DNA from: Nostocoides sp.
Lineage (GTDB): Bacteria; Actinomycetota; Actinomycetes; Actinomycetales; Dermatophilaceae
Length of the DNA: 26,768 nt
Direction of reading: 5' to 3'
NCBI GenBank assembly: GCA_039812405.1
Contig: JBDIAL010000027.1
Location: 1 to 26,768, forward strand
Both the position numbers and the translations under genes were made by a program. The notes beneath the pieces are model-generated. The model made no database searches and was not told the origin of the DNA. It saw only the letters and a program-made list of their open reading frames with translations. Shown one piece after another: positions 8,509 through 16,607 of the stretch (its first letter is position 1; each line of letters begins with the position of its first letter).

Positions 8509-9576
8509 ATGGTCACGCCACTGCCGGACGCCCTCGACATCGCCGTCATCCCGGGGGACGGGATCGGCCGCGAGGTCGTCGCCGAGGGGCTGAAGGCCCT
8601 CGACGCGGCGACCGGAGGCGACGGCCCGACCGTGCGCACGACGGACTACGACCTCGGGGCCACCCGCTGGCTCGCGACCGGCGAGACGCTGCCGGACTCC
8701 GTCGTCGAGGAGCTGCGCGGCCACGACGCGATCCTGCTCGGTGCCATCGGCGACCCGCGGGTCCCGAGCGGGGTGCTCGAGCGCGGCATCCTCCTCCCGC
8801 TGCGCTTCGCCCTCGAGCACTACGTCAACCTCCGCCCCGCCCGGCTCTACCCCGGGGTCGCGAGCCCGCTCGACGTGGCGCGGGTCGCGCCCGGCGGCAT
8901 CGACTTCGTCGTCGTCCGGGAGGGCACCGAGGGCCCCTACGTCGGCAACGGCGGCGCCCTGCGGGTCGGCACGCCGAACGAGATCGCGACCGAGGTGAGC
9001 GTCAACACGCGGTTCGGCGTCGAGCGCGTCGTCCGCGACGCCTTCGCCCGGGCCCAGGCCCGGCCCCGCAAGCACCTCACCCTCGTCCACAAGCACAACG
9101 TCCTCACCCACGCCGGCCACCTGTGGCGGCGCACCGTCGAGGAGGTCGGCGCCGAGTTCCCCGACGTCGAGCGGGCCTACCAGCACGTCGACGCCGCGAC
9201 GATCTTCCTCGCCACCGACCCCGGTCGGTTCGACGTCATCGTCACCGACAACCTCTTCGGCGACATCCTCACCGACCTCGCCGCGGCCATCGCCGGCGGC
9301 ATCGGCCTCGCCGCGAGCGGGAACATCAACCCCGAGCGGACCGCGCCGAGCATGTTCGAGCCGGTCCACGGCTCGGCCCCGGACATCGCCGGCCAGGGCA
9401 TCGCCGACCCGACCGCCACCATCCTGTCCGTCGGGATGCTCCTGGACCACCTCGGCCTCGCCGACGCCGCACAGCGCGTCGAGGCCGCCGTCGCCGCCGA
9501 CCTGGCGGAGCGCGGCAGCGCCGCGCGCTCGACGAGCACCGTGGGCGACGCCGTCGCCGCCCGCATCGCCGGCTGA
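8509..9576 (+). CDS. leuB: 3-isopropylmalate dehydrogenase
   Basis: Matches the LeuB family over 355 aa (..[13 protein letters not shown].., ..[23 protein letters not shown]..). ATG at 8509. The track's upstream TTG at 8500 is less likely. Confidence 0.9.
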   Translation: MVTPLPDALDIAVIPGDGIGREVVAEGLKALDAATGGDGPTVRTTDYDLGATRWLATGETLPDSVVEELRGHDAILLGAIGDPRVPSGVLERGILLPLRFALEHYVNLRPARLYPGVASPLDVARVAPGGIDFVVVREGTEGPYVGNGGALRVGTPNEIATEVSVNTRFGVERVVRDAFARAQARPRKHLTLVHKHNVLTHAGHLWRRTVEEVGAEFPDVERAYQHVDAATIFLATDPGRFDVIVTDNLFGDILTDLAAAIAGGIGLAASGNINPERTAPSMFEPVHGSAPDIAGQGIADPTATILSVGMLLDHLGLADAAQRVEAAVAADLAERGSAARSTSTVGDAVAARIAG

Positions 9577-9726
9577 CAGTGAGACCCGGTGAACTAACCT
9601 GCTGGTGTCGGCAGGACGATCCGCCACCCCGGAGGGCCCCGCGTCCCCCGGGTGGACGGCCCGGTCCCGCTGTCAGCAGCCCTGCCCCCGGCTCGTGCCG
9701 ACACGTCGCACGGAAAGGACCGTTCC

Positions 9727-10827
9727 ATGACCAGCCCGCTCACCTTCCCCGTCGACGCCGACGTCCCGCGGCGCAGCAGCGAGGAGCGCGAGGCCATCCT
9801 CGCCGACCCCGGCTTCGGGAAGCACTTCACCGACCACATGGTCACGGCGACGTGGACCGAGGGGGAGGGCTGGCACGACGGGCGCGTCGAGGCATACGGG
9901 CCCATCACCCTCATGCCGTCGGCGGCCGTGCTCCACTACGCCCAGGAGATCTTCGAGGGCCTGAAGGCCTACCGGCACGAGGACGGCTCGGTGTGGAGCT
10001 TCCGGCCCGAGGCCAACGCCGCGCGGATGCGGCGCAGCGCCACCCGGCTCGCCCTGCCGACCCTCGGCGAGGAGGAGTTCATCGACTCGCTGCGGGCGCT
10101 CGTCGCGGCCGACGTCGACTGGGTCCCCGCCCACGACGCGGGGGAGGCGAGCCTCTACCTGCGGCCCTTCATGTATGCCCGTGAGGCCTTCCTCGGCGTC
10201 CGTCCCGCCCGCGAGGTCGCCTACAGCGTCATCGCCTCCCCGGCCGGCCCGTACTTCTCCGGCGGGCTCAACCCCGTCTCGCTGTGGATCTCGACCGACT
10301 ACGCCCGGGCGGGCGAGGGCGGCACCGGCGCGGCGAAGTGCGGCGGCAACTACGCCTCGAGCCTGGCCGGGCAGCTCGAGGGGATCGAGCACGGGTGCGA
10401 CCAGGCAGTGTTCCTCGACTCCTCGACGCACACCTACGTCGAGGAGCTCGGCGGGATGAACCTCTTCTTCGTCACGCGGGAGCACCGGCTGCTCACGCCG
10501 GCGTTGACCGGCACCATCCTCGAGGGGGTGACCCGGTCCTCGATCCTCGAGCTGTCCAAGGAGCTCGGCCTGCGGGCCTCGGAGGAGCGCATCCCCATCG
10601 ACGAGTGGAAGGAGGGCGTCGCCTCGGGGGAGATCAGCGAGGTCTTCGCCTGCGGGACGGCCGCCGTCGTCACGCCGGTCGGCGAGCTGCGCTGGGACGG
10701 CGGGTCGTGCCACCCCCGCCACGGCAGCGGGGTCGGCGAGGTGACCCGGGCGCTGCGGGAGCGGCTCCTCGACATCCAGTACGGCCGCGCCGCGGACACC
10801 CACGGCTGGCTGACCCGGCTCGCCTGA
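9727..10827 (+). CDS. ilvE: Branched-chain amino-acid aminotransferase
   Basis: Matches the IlvE family (fold type IV PLP; ..FTDHMV..EGLKAYR..). ATG at 9727 is preceded by GGAAAGGA. The upstream part of ORF 9652.. is a GC artefact. Confidence 0.85.
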   Translation: MTSPLTFPVDADVPRRSSEEREAILADPGFGKHFTDHMVTATWTEGEGWHDGRVEAYGPITLMPSAAVLHYAQEIFEGLKAYRHEDGSVWSFRPEANAARMRRSATRLALPTLGEEEFIDSLRALVAADVDWVPAHDAGEASLYLRPFMYAREAFLGVRPAREVAYSVIASPAGPYFSGGLNPVSLWISTDYARAGEGGTGAAKCGGNYASSLAGQLEGIEHGCDQAVFLDSSTHTYVEELGGMNLFFVTREHRLLTPALTGTILEGVTRSSILELSKELGLRASEERIPIDEWKEGVASGEISEVFACGTAAVVTPVGELRWDGGSCHPRHGSGVGEVTRALRERLLDIQYGRAADTHGWLTRLA

Positions 10828-10855
10828 CCCGGCGCCGGGCGCAGGAGTGCCGCGT

Positions 10856-11773
10856 ATGCCGACGGATCGGCCGCGGGTCGTCGCGAGCGACCTCGACGGG
10901 ACGCTGCTGCGCTCCGACGGGTCGCTGTCCCCGCGGACCGCCGCAGCCTGGCAGGCGGTCGAGGAGGCCGGGATCCTCACCGTGCTCGTCACGGCGCGGC
11001 CGCCGCGGTGGCTGGACTCCCTCGGCGCCCTCGTCGGCTCGCACGGCGTCGCCCTCTGCGGCAACGGCGCCTTCGTCTACGACGTCGCGCGGCGCGAGGT
11101 CGTCGCGGCGCGGGGCTTCGCCCGGGGCGACCTGCTGCCCGTCGTCGCCGACCTGCGCGCCGCCGTGCCCGACATCACCTTCGCCGCGGAGCGGGCGAGC
11201 GGGCCCTGGGTCGAGCCCGGCTACCCCGACCCGCACCGGGAGAACGCCGCGGAGCGGTGGGCGCGAGCCCCGATCGAGGAGATCGACGACGAGCCGGTCG
11301 GCAAGCTCATCGCCCTCGCCCCGGGCCTGCCCCCGGAGGTGCTGCGCGCGCGGGTCGCCGAGGTCGTGGGGGACCGGGGCGTCCTCGCCTACTCCGGGGC
11401 CGTCGCCATCGCCGAGGTGAACCCGCCGGGCGTGACGAAGGCCGCGGCCCTCTCGGCATGGTGCGCCGCCCGCGGCGTCGGGGCGCCCGAGGTGTGGGCC
11501 TTCGGGGACATGCCCAACGACATCCCCATGCTCGCGTGGTCCGGACGGTCGTATGCCATGGCCAGCGGTCACCCGGACGCCCGTGCCGCCGCGTCGCATA
11601 CCTGCCCGCCGAACGACGAGGACGGTGTCGCGCAGGTGCTCGAGCGGCTCCTCAGCCCGTCGGGCCCGGACCCGTGGGCGGCCGGCCCCGACGGGGGAGG
11701 GGACCGGCCCGCTTCGGCATCCGCCCGGCCTCCGTCAGGGCCCGGCGCAGCAGCAGCTCGACGTGGGCGTTGA
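10856..11773 (+). CDS. HAD-superfamily hydrolase, Cof-like (subfamily IIB)
   Basis: Contains the DLDGTLL motif I and GDMPNDIPML motif IV. ATG at 10856 is 8 nt after GGAG. The low-complexity C-terminal tail overlaps the convergent RHH gene, so the true stop is uncertain. Confidence 0.7.
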   Translation: MPTDRPRVVASDLDGTLLRSDGSLSPRTAAAWQAVEEAGILTVLVTARPPRWLDSLGALVGSHGVALCGNGAFVYDVARREVVAARGFARGDLLPVVADLRAAVPDITFAAERASGPWVEPGYPDPHRENAAERWARAPIEEIDDEPVGKLIALAPGLPPEVLRARVAEVVGDRGVLAYSGAVAIAEVNPPGVTKAAALSAWCAARGVGAPEVWAFGDMPNDIPMLAWSGRSYAMASGHPDARAAASHTCPPNDEDGVAQVLERLLSPSGPDPWAAGPDGGGDRPASASARPPSGPGAAAARRGR

Positions 11774-11861
11774 GGCTGCGTAGCTCGTCGTCGGCCCATC
11801 GGGTCAGGGCGTCGTGGACCGCCGGGTCCATCCGGAGCAGCACCTGGCGGCGGGTGCTCAC
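11652..11861 (-). CDS. Ribbon-helix-helix (CopG/Arc/MetJ-type) small DNA-binding protein
   Basis: MSTRRQVLLRMDPAVHDALTRWADDELRSLNAHVELLLRRALTEAG has a beta-strand followed by two helices, as in the RHH fold. The GTG start is 7 nt after the SPFH stop, placing it in the same operon. Confidence 0.55.
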   Translation of the reverse strand: MSTRRQVLLRMDPAVHDALTRWADDELRSLNAHVELLLRRALTEAGRMPKRAGPLPRRGRPPTGPGPTG

Positions 11862-11868
11862 GGTGCGC

Positions 11869-12771
11869 TCACGTGTAGAGCGATCCGGCGTTGACGATGG
11901 GCGAGGGCGGCTGGTCGCCGCAGAGCACGACCATGAGGTTGCTCACCATGCTCGCCTTGCGCTCCTCGTCGAGCTCGACGACGTCGTGCTCCATGAGCCG
12001 GTCCAGCGCCAGCTCGACCATCCCGACGGCGCCCTCGACGATCCGGGAGCGCGCCGCGACGACGGCGTTGGCCTGCTGGCGGCGCAGCATCGCCTGGGCG
12101 ATCTCCTGCGCGTAGGCGAGGTGGGAGATGCGGACCTCGAGGATCTGCAGCCCGGCGACGGCGACCCGGTCCGACACCTCGGCGGCGAGGGCCGTGACGA
12201 CGACGTCGGTGGACCCGCGCAGGGAGGTGCCTGTGCCCTCGGTGTCCTCGTAGGGGTGCAGGGTCGCGACGTGCCGCAGCGCCGACTCGGCCTGGACGGA
12301 GATGAAGCCGGGGTAGTCGTCGACGGCATACGTGGCCTTCGCCGTGTCGGCGACCTGCCAGACGACGATGGCGGCGATCTCGACGGGGTTGCCCTCCGCG
12401 TCGTTGACCTTGAGCCGGCTCGTCTCGAAGTTGCGGACCCGGGTGCTCACCGAGCGGCGCACCGTGAGCGGCAGCACCCACCAGAACCCGGGCCGGGCCA
12501 CGGTCCCGACATAGGTCCCGAAGAACTGGACGACGGAGGTGCGGCCCGGCGGCACGACGACGAGGGCCGTCGCGACGAGGACGAGGACGACGATGGCGAC
12601 CCAGGTCCAGCGGTTCCCGTCGACGATGCCGCGGTAGACGAGCCAGGCGCAGGCCGCGACGACGATGACGCCGAACCAGCCGCTCACGGCGAGCGCCGGG
12701 CGCTGACCGATCTCGACCTGGGGCCGGGCTGCTCCCGCGGTGGGTGCCGAGGTGTGACGAGGAGTCATCAT
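11869..12771 (-). CDS. SPFH/band-7 (stomatin/prohibitin-like) membrane protein
   Basis: An N-terminal transmembrane segment ([15 protein letters not shown]) is followed by an SPFH domain ([47 protein letters not shown]). ATGATG at 12771/12768 is preceded by GGAAAGGGG. The upstream part of ORF 11869..12954 lies inside the tandem repeats and is an artefact. Confidence 0.75.
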   Translation of the reverse strand: MMTPRHTSAPTAGAARPQVEIGQRPALAVSGWFGVIVVAACAWLVYRGIVDGNRWTWVAIVVLVLVATALVVVPPGRTSVVQFFGTYVGTVARPGFWWVLPLTVRRSVSTRVRNFETSRLKVNDAEGNPVEIAAIVVWQVADTAKATYAVDDYPGFISVQAESALRHVATLHPYEDTEGTGTSLRGSTDVVVTALAAEVSDRVAVAGLQILEVRISHLAYAQEIAQAMLRRQQANAVVAARSRIVEGAVGMVELALDRLMEHDVVELDEERKASMVSNLMVVLCGDQPPSPIVNAGSLYT

Positions 12772-12877
12772 GGCCACCCCTTTCCAGAAAAAGTGATATC
12801 GATAAATAAAGTGATAGCACTCTTGGTGTCGCCTGGCAAGGGGCAGCCCCGGCCCCGCCCCCGGACATGGACCCGGC

Positions 12878-13095
12878 TGCATGAATCCGACCCAATCGGA
12901 CAGTCTCATGCAGGACGGTCCGGACTGGATTCGGAGCCGGGTGCATGGATCCAACCCATTTGGACAGTCTCATGCAGGGCGGCCCCGGACCCGGCTGCAT
13001 GAATCCGACCCAATTGGACAGTCTCATGCAGGACGGTCCCGGACTGGATTCGGATCCGGGTGCATGGATCCGACCCATTTGGACAGTCTCATGCA
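12878..13095. repeat. Tandem array of four 35-bp palindrome-flanked units TGCATGR-N21-TCATGCA. The larger unit is about 118 bp, present twice.
   Basis: The units lie at 12878-12912, 12942-12976, 12996-13030 and 13061-13095. Spacers are also conserved pairwise. The array sits in the divergent intergenic region between SPFH (start 12771) and the amidotransferase (start 13245). Confidence 0.8.
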
Positions 13096-13244
13096 GGGCG
13101 GCCCCGGGCCGTTGACGGGAGCGCCGCGGGTGGCTTGGATCGTCCCGTGATCTCCGCGCCATCGCGCGCGCCGCGCTGCGGGGTGCCGCGGTGGGCGGCC
13201 CGCGTCCCGCACCCCGCCCGGTGGGTGGTGACGTGAGCGGGGGT

Positions 13245-13997
13245 ATGCCGGTCATCGGCATCTCCTGCTACGTCGAGCCCGCGACGCGCGGCGACTGGGT
13301 CGACCAGCCGTCGGTCGTCCTGCCCGTGGGGTACGTCCGCCAGGTCGAGCGGGCCGGTGGCGTCGCCGTCGTCCTCCCGCCGCGGGCCGACCTCGACGCC
13401 GCCGCCGTGCGGGACGCGGCCTCGGACGTCCTGGCGGTCGTCGACGGGCTCGTCCTCGTCGGGGGTGCCGACGTCGCGTCGAGCCGCTACGGCGCCCCGC
13501 CGGACGCCGCCGCCCAGCCCGCCCGGCCGGACCGGGACGCGTGGGAGCTGGCCCTCGCGCGGGTGAGCCGGGCGGCCGGTCTCCCGACGCTCGGCATCTG
13601 CCGGGGAATGCAGGTCATGGCCGTCGCGAGCGGCGGCACCCTCGAGCAGCACATCCCCGACCGCACGGGGACGACCGTCCACTCGCCGGTCGTCGGGGCC
13701 TTCGTCCGCCACCCGGTCTCGCCGGTGCCCGGCACCCTGCTCGCCCGGATCCTCGGGGACGGGGTGCAGGACGTGCCGACCTACCACCACCAGGCGGTGA
13801 CGACTCACCCGGGGTACACGCCGGCGGCCTGGCACGGGGACGGCACGCTCGAGGCGATGGAGGACACGACGCAGCCGTTCCGGCTCGCCGTCCAGTGGCA
13901 CCCGGAGGAGAGCGACGACGTCCGCCTCGTCGCCGCACTCGTCCGGGCGGCGTCGGCGCGCCGGGCCTCCACGGGGGGAGCGCAGCAGACGGCGTGA
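13245..13997 (+). CDS. Class I glutamine amidotransferase-like hydrolase (gamma-glutamyl-GABA hydrolase PuuD / peptidase C26 family)
   Basis: Contains the GICRGMQVMAV catalytic Cys motif and a later HHQAV His. Start is ATG 13245, or GTG 13233. Confidence 0.75.
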   Translation: MPVIGISCYVEPATRGDWVDQPSVVLPVGYVRQVERAGGVAVVLPPRADLDAAAVRDAASDVLAVVDGLVLVGGADVASSRYGAPPDAAAQPARPDRDAWELALARVSRAAGLPTLGICRGMQVMAVASGGTLEQHIPDRTGTTVHSPVVGAFVRHPVSPVPGTLLARILGDGVQDVPTYHHQAVTTHPGYTPAAWHGDGTLEAMEDTTQPFRLAVQWHPEESDDVRLVAALVRAASARRASTGGAQQTA

Positions 13998-14126
13998 CGA
14001 GCACGGCACGCGCGACAGCACGGCATACCAGCATGTGGACCGTGGATACCGGCAGCCGGACAGGGCATGGCACCATGCCCTCGTGACGTGCTGCTGTGCC
14101 GCGACCGCGGCCCTCATTATCACCTA

Positions 14127-14183
14127 GCGCGACGAGCCTCCCTCGTCGCGCAGACCTCCCGCACCCGGGGGGTCTTTTGCTTT
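14127..14183 (+). terminator. Two tandem GC-rich hairpins, the second followed by TTTTGCTTT (intrinsic terminator-like)
   Basis: Hairpin 1 is gcgcgacgag-cctcc-ctcgtcgcgc (14127-14151). Hairpin 2 is gacctccc-gcaccc-gggggguc (14153-14174), followed by a U-run. They lie downstream of the amidotransferase and 134 nt upstream of cimA. Confidence 0.5.
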
Positions 14184-14316
14184 GTGGAGCGAGATGTCCA
14201 CGGGCGCGGCGGACGGCCCACCACCCCACGGGGCGGCCGGGCGCGACGAGGGAGAATGAGACGCAGTGGCGAGCCACGACGCACGACGAACCCCCAGCGA
14301 TGACGAAGGCGAGACG

Positions 14317-15894
14317 ATGACCGACCTGCACGTGTACGACACGACCTTGCGCGACGGCGCGCAGCAGGAGGGGCTCAACCTCTCCGTGTCGGACAAGCTG
14401 GCCATCGCCGCGCACCTCGACGAGCTGGGGGTCGGCTTCATCGAGGGCGGCTGGCCCGGCGCGAACCCCAAGGACACCGAGTTCTTCGCCCGGGCCGCGA
14501 CGGAGCTGCGGCTCCGCCACGCCACGCTCGCGGCGTTCGGAGCGACGCGGCGCGCAGGGGGCGCCGCGTCCTCCGACCCGCTCGTCCGGGCACTCCTGGA
14601 CAGCGAGGCCCCGGTCGTCACGCTCGTGGCGAAGAGCCACCGCGGCCATGTCGAGCGGGCGCTGCGGACGACGCCAGAGGAGAACCTCGCGATGATCCGC
14701 GACACCGTCTCCTTCCTGCGCGGCGAGGGGCGGCGCGTCTTCCTCGACGCCGAGCACTTCTTCGACGGGTATGCCCTGGACCGCGACTACGCGCTGGAGG
14801 CGGTCCGCGCGGCGATGGAGTCGGGGGCCGAGGTCGTCGCGCTGTGCGACACCAACGGCGGCATGCTCCCCGACCAGGTCAGCGCCGTCGTCGCCGACGT
14901 CCTCGCCGCGACGTCCGCCCGTCTGGGCATCCACTGCCACAACGACACCGGGTGCGCCGTGGCGAACTCGATGGCGGCGGTCGATGCCGGGGTCACCCAC
15001 GTCCAGGGGACGATCAACGGCTACGGCGAGCGCACCGGCAACGCCGACCTCGTGACGATCGTCAGCAACCTGCAGATCAAGCGGGGTCGGCAGCTCGTCG
15101 AGCCGCGCCAGCTCCAGGAGGCGACCCGCATCGCCCACGCCATCGCCGAGGTGACCAACGTCCCCGCCTACAGCCGCCAGCCCTACGTCGGGGCCAGCGC
15201 CTTCGCGCACAAGGCGGGCCTCCACGCGAGCGCCATCAAGGTCGACCCGGACCTCTACCAGCACACCGACCCGACGCACGTGGGCAACGACATGCGCATG
15301 CTCGTCTCCGACATGGCCGGCCGGGCCAGCATCGAGCTGAAGAGCCGCGAGCTCGGCCTCGACCTCGGCGAGGACCGCGAGACGACCCAGCGGGTCCTCA
15401 AGCGGGTCAAGGAGCTGGAGCTGCGCGGCTACACCTTCGACGCGGCCGACGCCTCCTTCGACCTCCTGCTGCGTCGCGAGCTCGACGAGCTGCCCGAGCA
15501 CTTCGAGGTCGAGTCGTGGCGGGTCATCACCGACCAGCGGACCGACGACGAGGCGGTGTCCGAGGCGACGGTCAAGCTCGTCGCCGGCGGCCGGCGCGTC
15601 GTCGCGACCGGGGAGGGCAACGGCCCGGTCAACGCCCTCGACCACGCGCTGCGCCAGGCCCTCCTGCCCGCATACCCCGAGCTGGAGCAGCTCGAGCTCA
15701 TCGACTACCGCGTCCGCATCCTCGACGCCGCACACGGGACCGACGCGGTGACCCGCGTCCTCATCGAGACGACCGACGGCAGCACCTCGTGGCAGACGAT
15801 CGGCGTCGCGGGCAACATCGTCGAGGCTTCCTGGCACGCCCTCGTCGAGGGCGTGACCTACGGCCTGGTCAAGGCCGGCGTGCCGGTCCGCTGA
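14317..15894 (+). CDS. cimA: (R)-citramalate synthase / 2-isopropylmalate synthase family, with a LeuA-type C-terminal regulatory domain
   Basis: The N-terminus MTDLHVYDTTLRDGAQQEGLNLSV..IEGGWPGANPKD matches the CimA (short LeuA-like) family. Total length is 525 aa. ATG at 14317 follows GAAGGCGAG. Confidence 0.8.
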   Translation: MTDLHVYDTTLRDGAQQEGLNLSVSDKLAIAAHLDELGVGFIEGGWPGANPKDTEFFARAATELRLRHATLAAFGATRRAGGAASSDPLVRALLDSEAPVVTLVAKSHRGHVERALRTTPEENLAMIRDTVSFLRGEGRRVFLDAEHFFDGYALDRDYALEAVRAAMESGAEVVALCDTNGGMLPDQVSAVVADVLAATSARLGIHCHNDTGCAVANSMAAVDAGVTHVQGTINGYGERTGNADLVTIVSNLQIKRGRQLVEPRQLQEATRIAHAIAEVTNVPAYSRQPYVGASAFAHKAGLHASAIKVDPDLYQHTDPTHVGNDMRMLVSDMAGRASIELKSRELGLDLGEDRETTQRVLKRVKELELRGYTFDAADASFDLLLRRELDELPEHFEVESWRVITDQRTDDEAVSEATVKLVAGGRRVVATGEGNGPVNALDHALRQALLPAYPELEQLELIDYRVRILDAAHGTDAVTRVLIETTDGSTSWQTIGVAGNIVEASWHALVEGVTYGLVKAGVPVR

Positions 15895-16264
15895 GCGCGT
15901 CGCGCAGCTGCCGCGGGCCGAGGGCCCGCACGCCGAGCGGCTCCAGGCGGGAGAGCAGCCCGCGGTCGGCGGTCGCGGCGTCGACGGTCCTCCCGTCCGC
16001 GGCGAGCGCGCGGCACCGGTCGACGATCTCGTCGTCCCCGGATCCCGGCGCATGGACCGTCGTCACCGGTGTCACGCCGCCCTGCGTGCCCTCCGGGACG
16101 CCCGCCCGCGCCGCGCCCTCGAGGACGAGGACGACGGCGGCATACGGCAGGCCGGTCCCCGTCAGCCCCTCGTGGAGACGCGCCGCCGCCCCGGGCCGGT
16201 CGCGCCACCAGCCGTCGGGCACGCAGCCGACGACGTTGGCTCCGTCGACGACGAGGACCTCCAC
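15869..16264 (-). CDS. YacP-like NYN-domain protein (predicted RNase)
   Basis: VEVLVVDGANVVG..AAVVLVLEG..VTTVHAPGSGDDEIVD resembles YacP/Rae1-type NYN domains. The GTG start is 9 nt after the upstream gene's stop. The 3' end overlaps cimA convergently by about 26 nt. Confidence 0.5.
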   Translation of the reverse strand: MEVLVVDGANVVGCVPDGWWRDRPGAAARLHEGLTGTGLPYAAVVLVLEGAARAGVPEGTQGGVTPVTTVHAPGSGDDEIVDRCRALAADGRTVDAATADRGLLSRLEPLGVRALGPRQLRDALSGPARRP

Positions 16265-16272
16265 GCGGGGGC

Positions 16273-16575
16273 TCAGCCCGCCGCGGGGCCGAGGGAGTCC
16301 AGGTATGCGGCGAGGGCCTTCTCGTCCCACGCCACCTCGAGCTCGGTGACGACCCGTCCGACGACCGTCTCCGGGTCACCCTCGGCGGCGGTCCAGTCGC
16401 CCCGGCGCCACCCCGCGAGGTAGTCGTCGCTCGCGTCGGCGCCGAGCCGCATCGCGGCCTCGTCGATGGCCTCCATGAAGTGCGGCGCGAGGCTCGCCTT
16501 CGTCGTCTCCGCGCCGTCGCGGGCCGCGACCATCGAGGGCAGGTCGCGCCAGTAGGTCACCTGGTACTCCGTCAC
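16273..16575 (-). CDS. Conserved hypothetical small protein (about 100 aa)
   Basis: Coding-like GC3 is present. The sequence is MTEYQVTYWRDLPSMVAARDGAETTKASLAPHFMEAIDEAAMRLGADASDDYLAGWRRGDW... It sits between the 295-aa gene and the NYN gene on the same strand. The longer 16273..18249 ORF is an artefact. Confidence 0.45.
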   Translation of the reverse strand: MTEYQVTYWRDLPSMVAARDGAETTKASLAPHFMEAIDEAAMRLGADASDDYLAGWRRGDWTAAEGDPETVVGRVVTELEVAWDEKALAAYLDSLGPAAG

Positions 16576-16607
16576 GGGGCGATCGTATCGGGGCCGCCCC
16601 GGCGAGG

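Noticed and set aside
12878-13095. CRISPR array
   Set aside because: There are only four units. The intervening spacers are themselves pairwise near-identical (a/c and b/d). The units are internally palindromic and 35 bp long. No cas genes are nearby.
12881-13150. 89-aa ORF inside the tandem palindromes (MNPTQSDSLMQDGPDW...)
   Set aside because: The internally repetitive translation is generated by the DNA repeat. There is no RBS and mixed GC3.
14083-14127. Leucine/isoleucine attenuator leader peptide as a confident call
   Set aside because: There are only two regulatory-type codons (Ile-Ile). There is no SD sequence, and no antiterminator alternative to the terminator hairpin could be drawn. 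It is reported only as a low-interest possibility.
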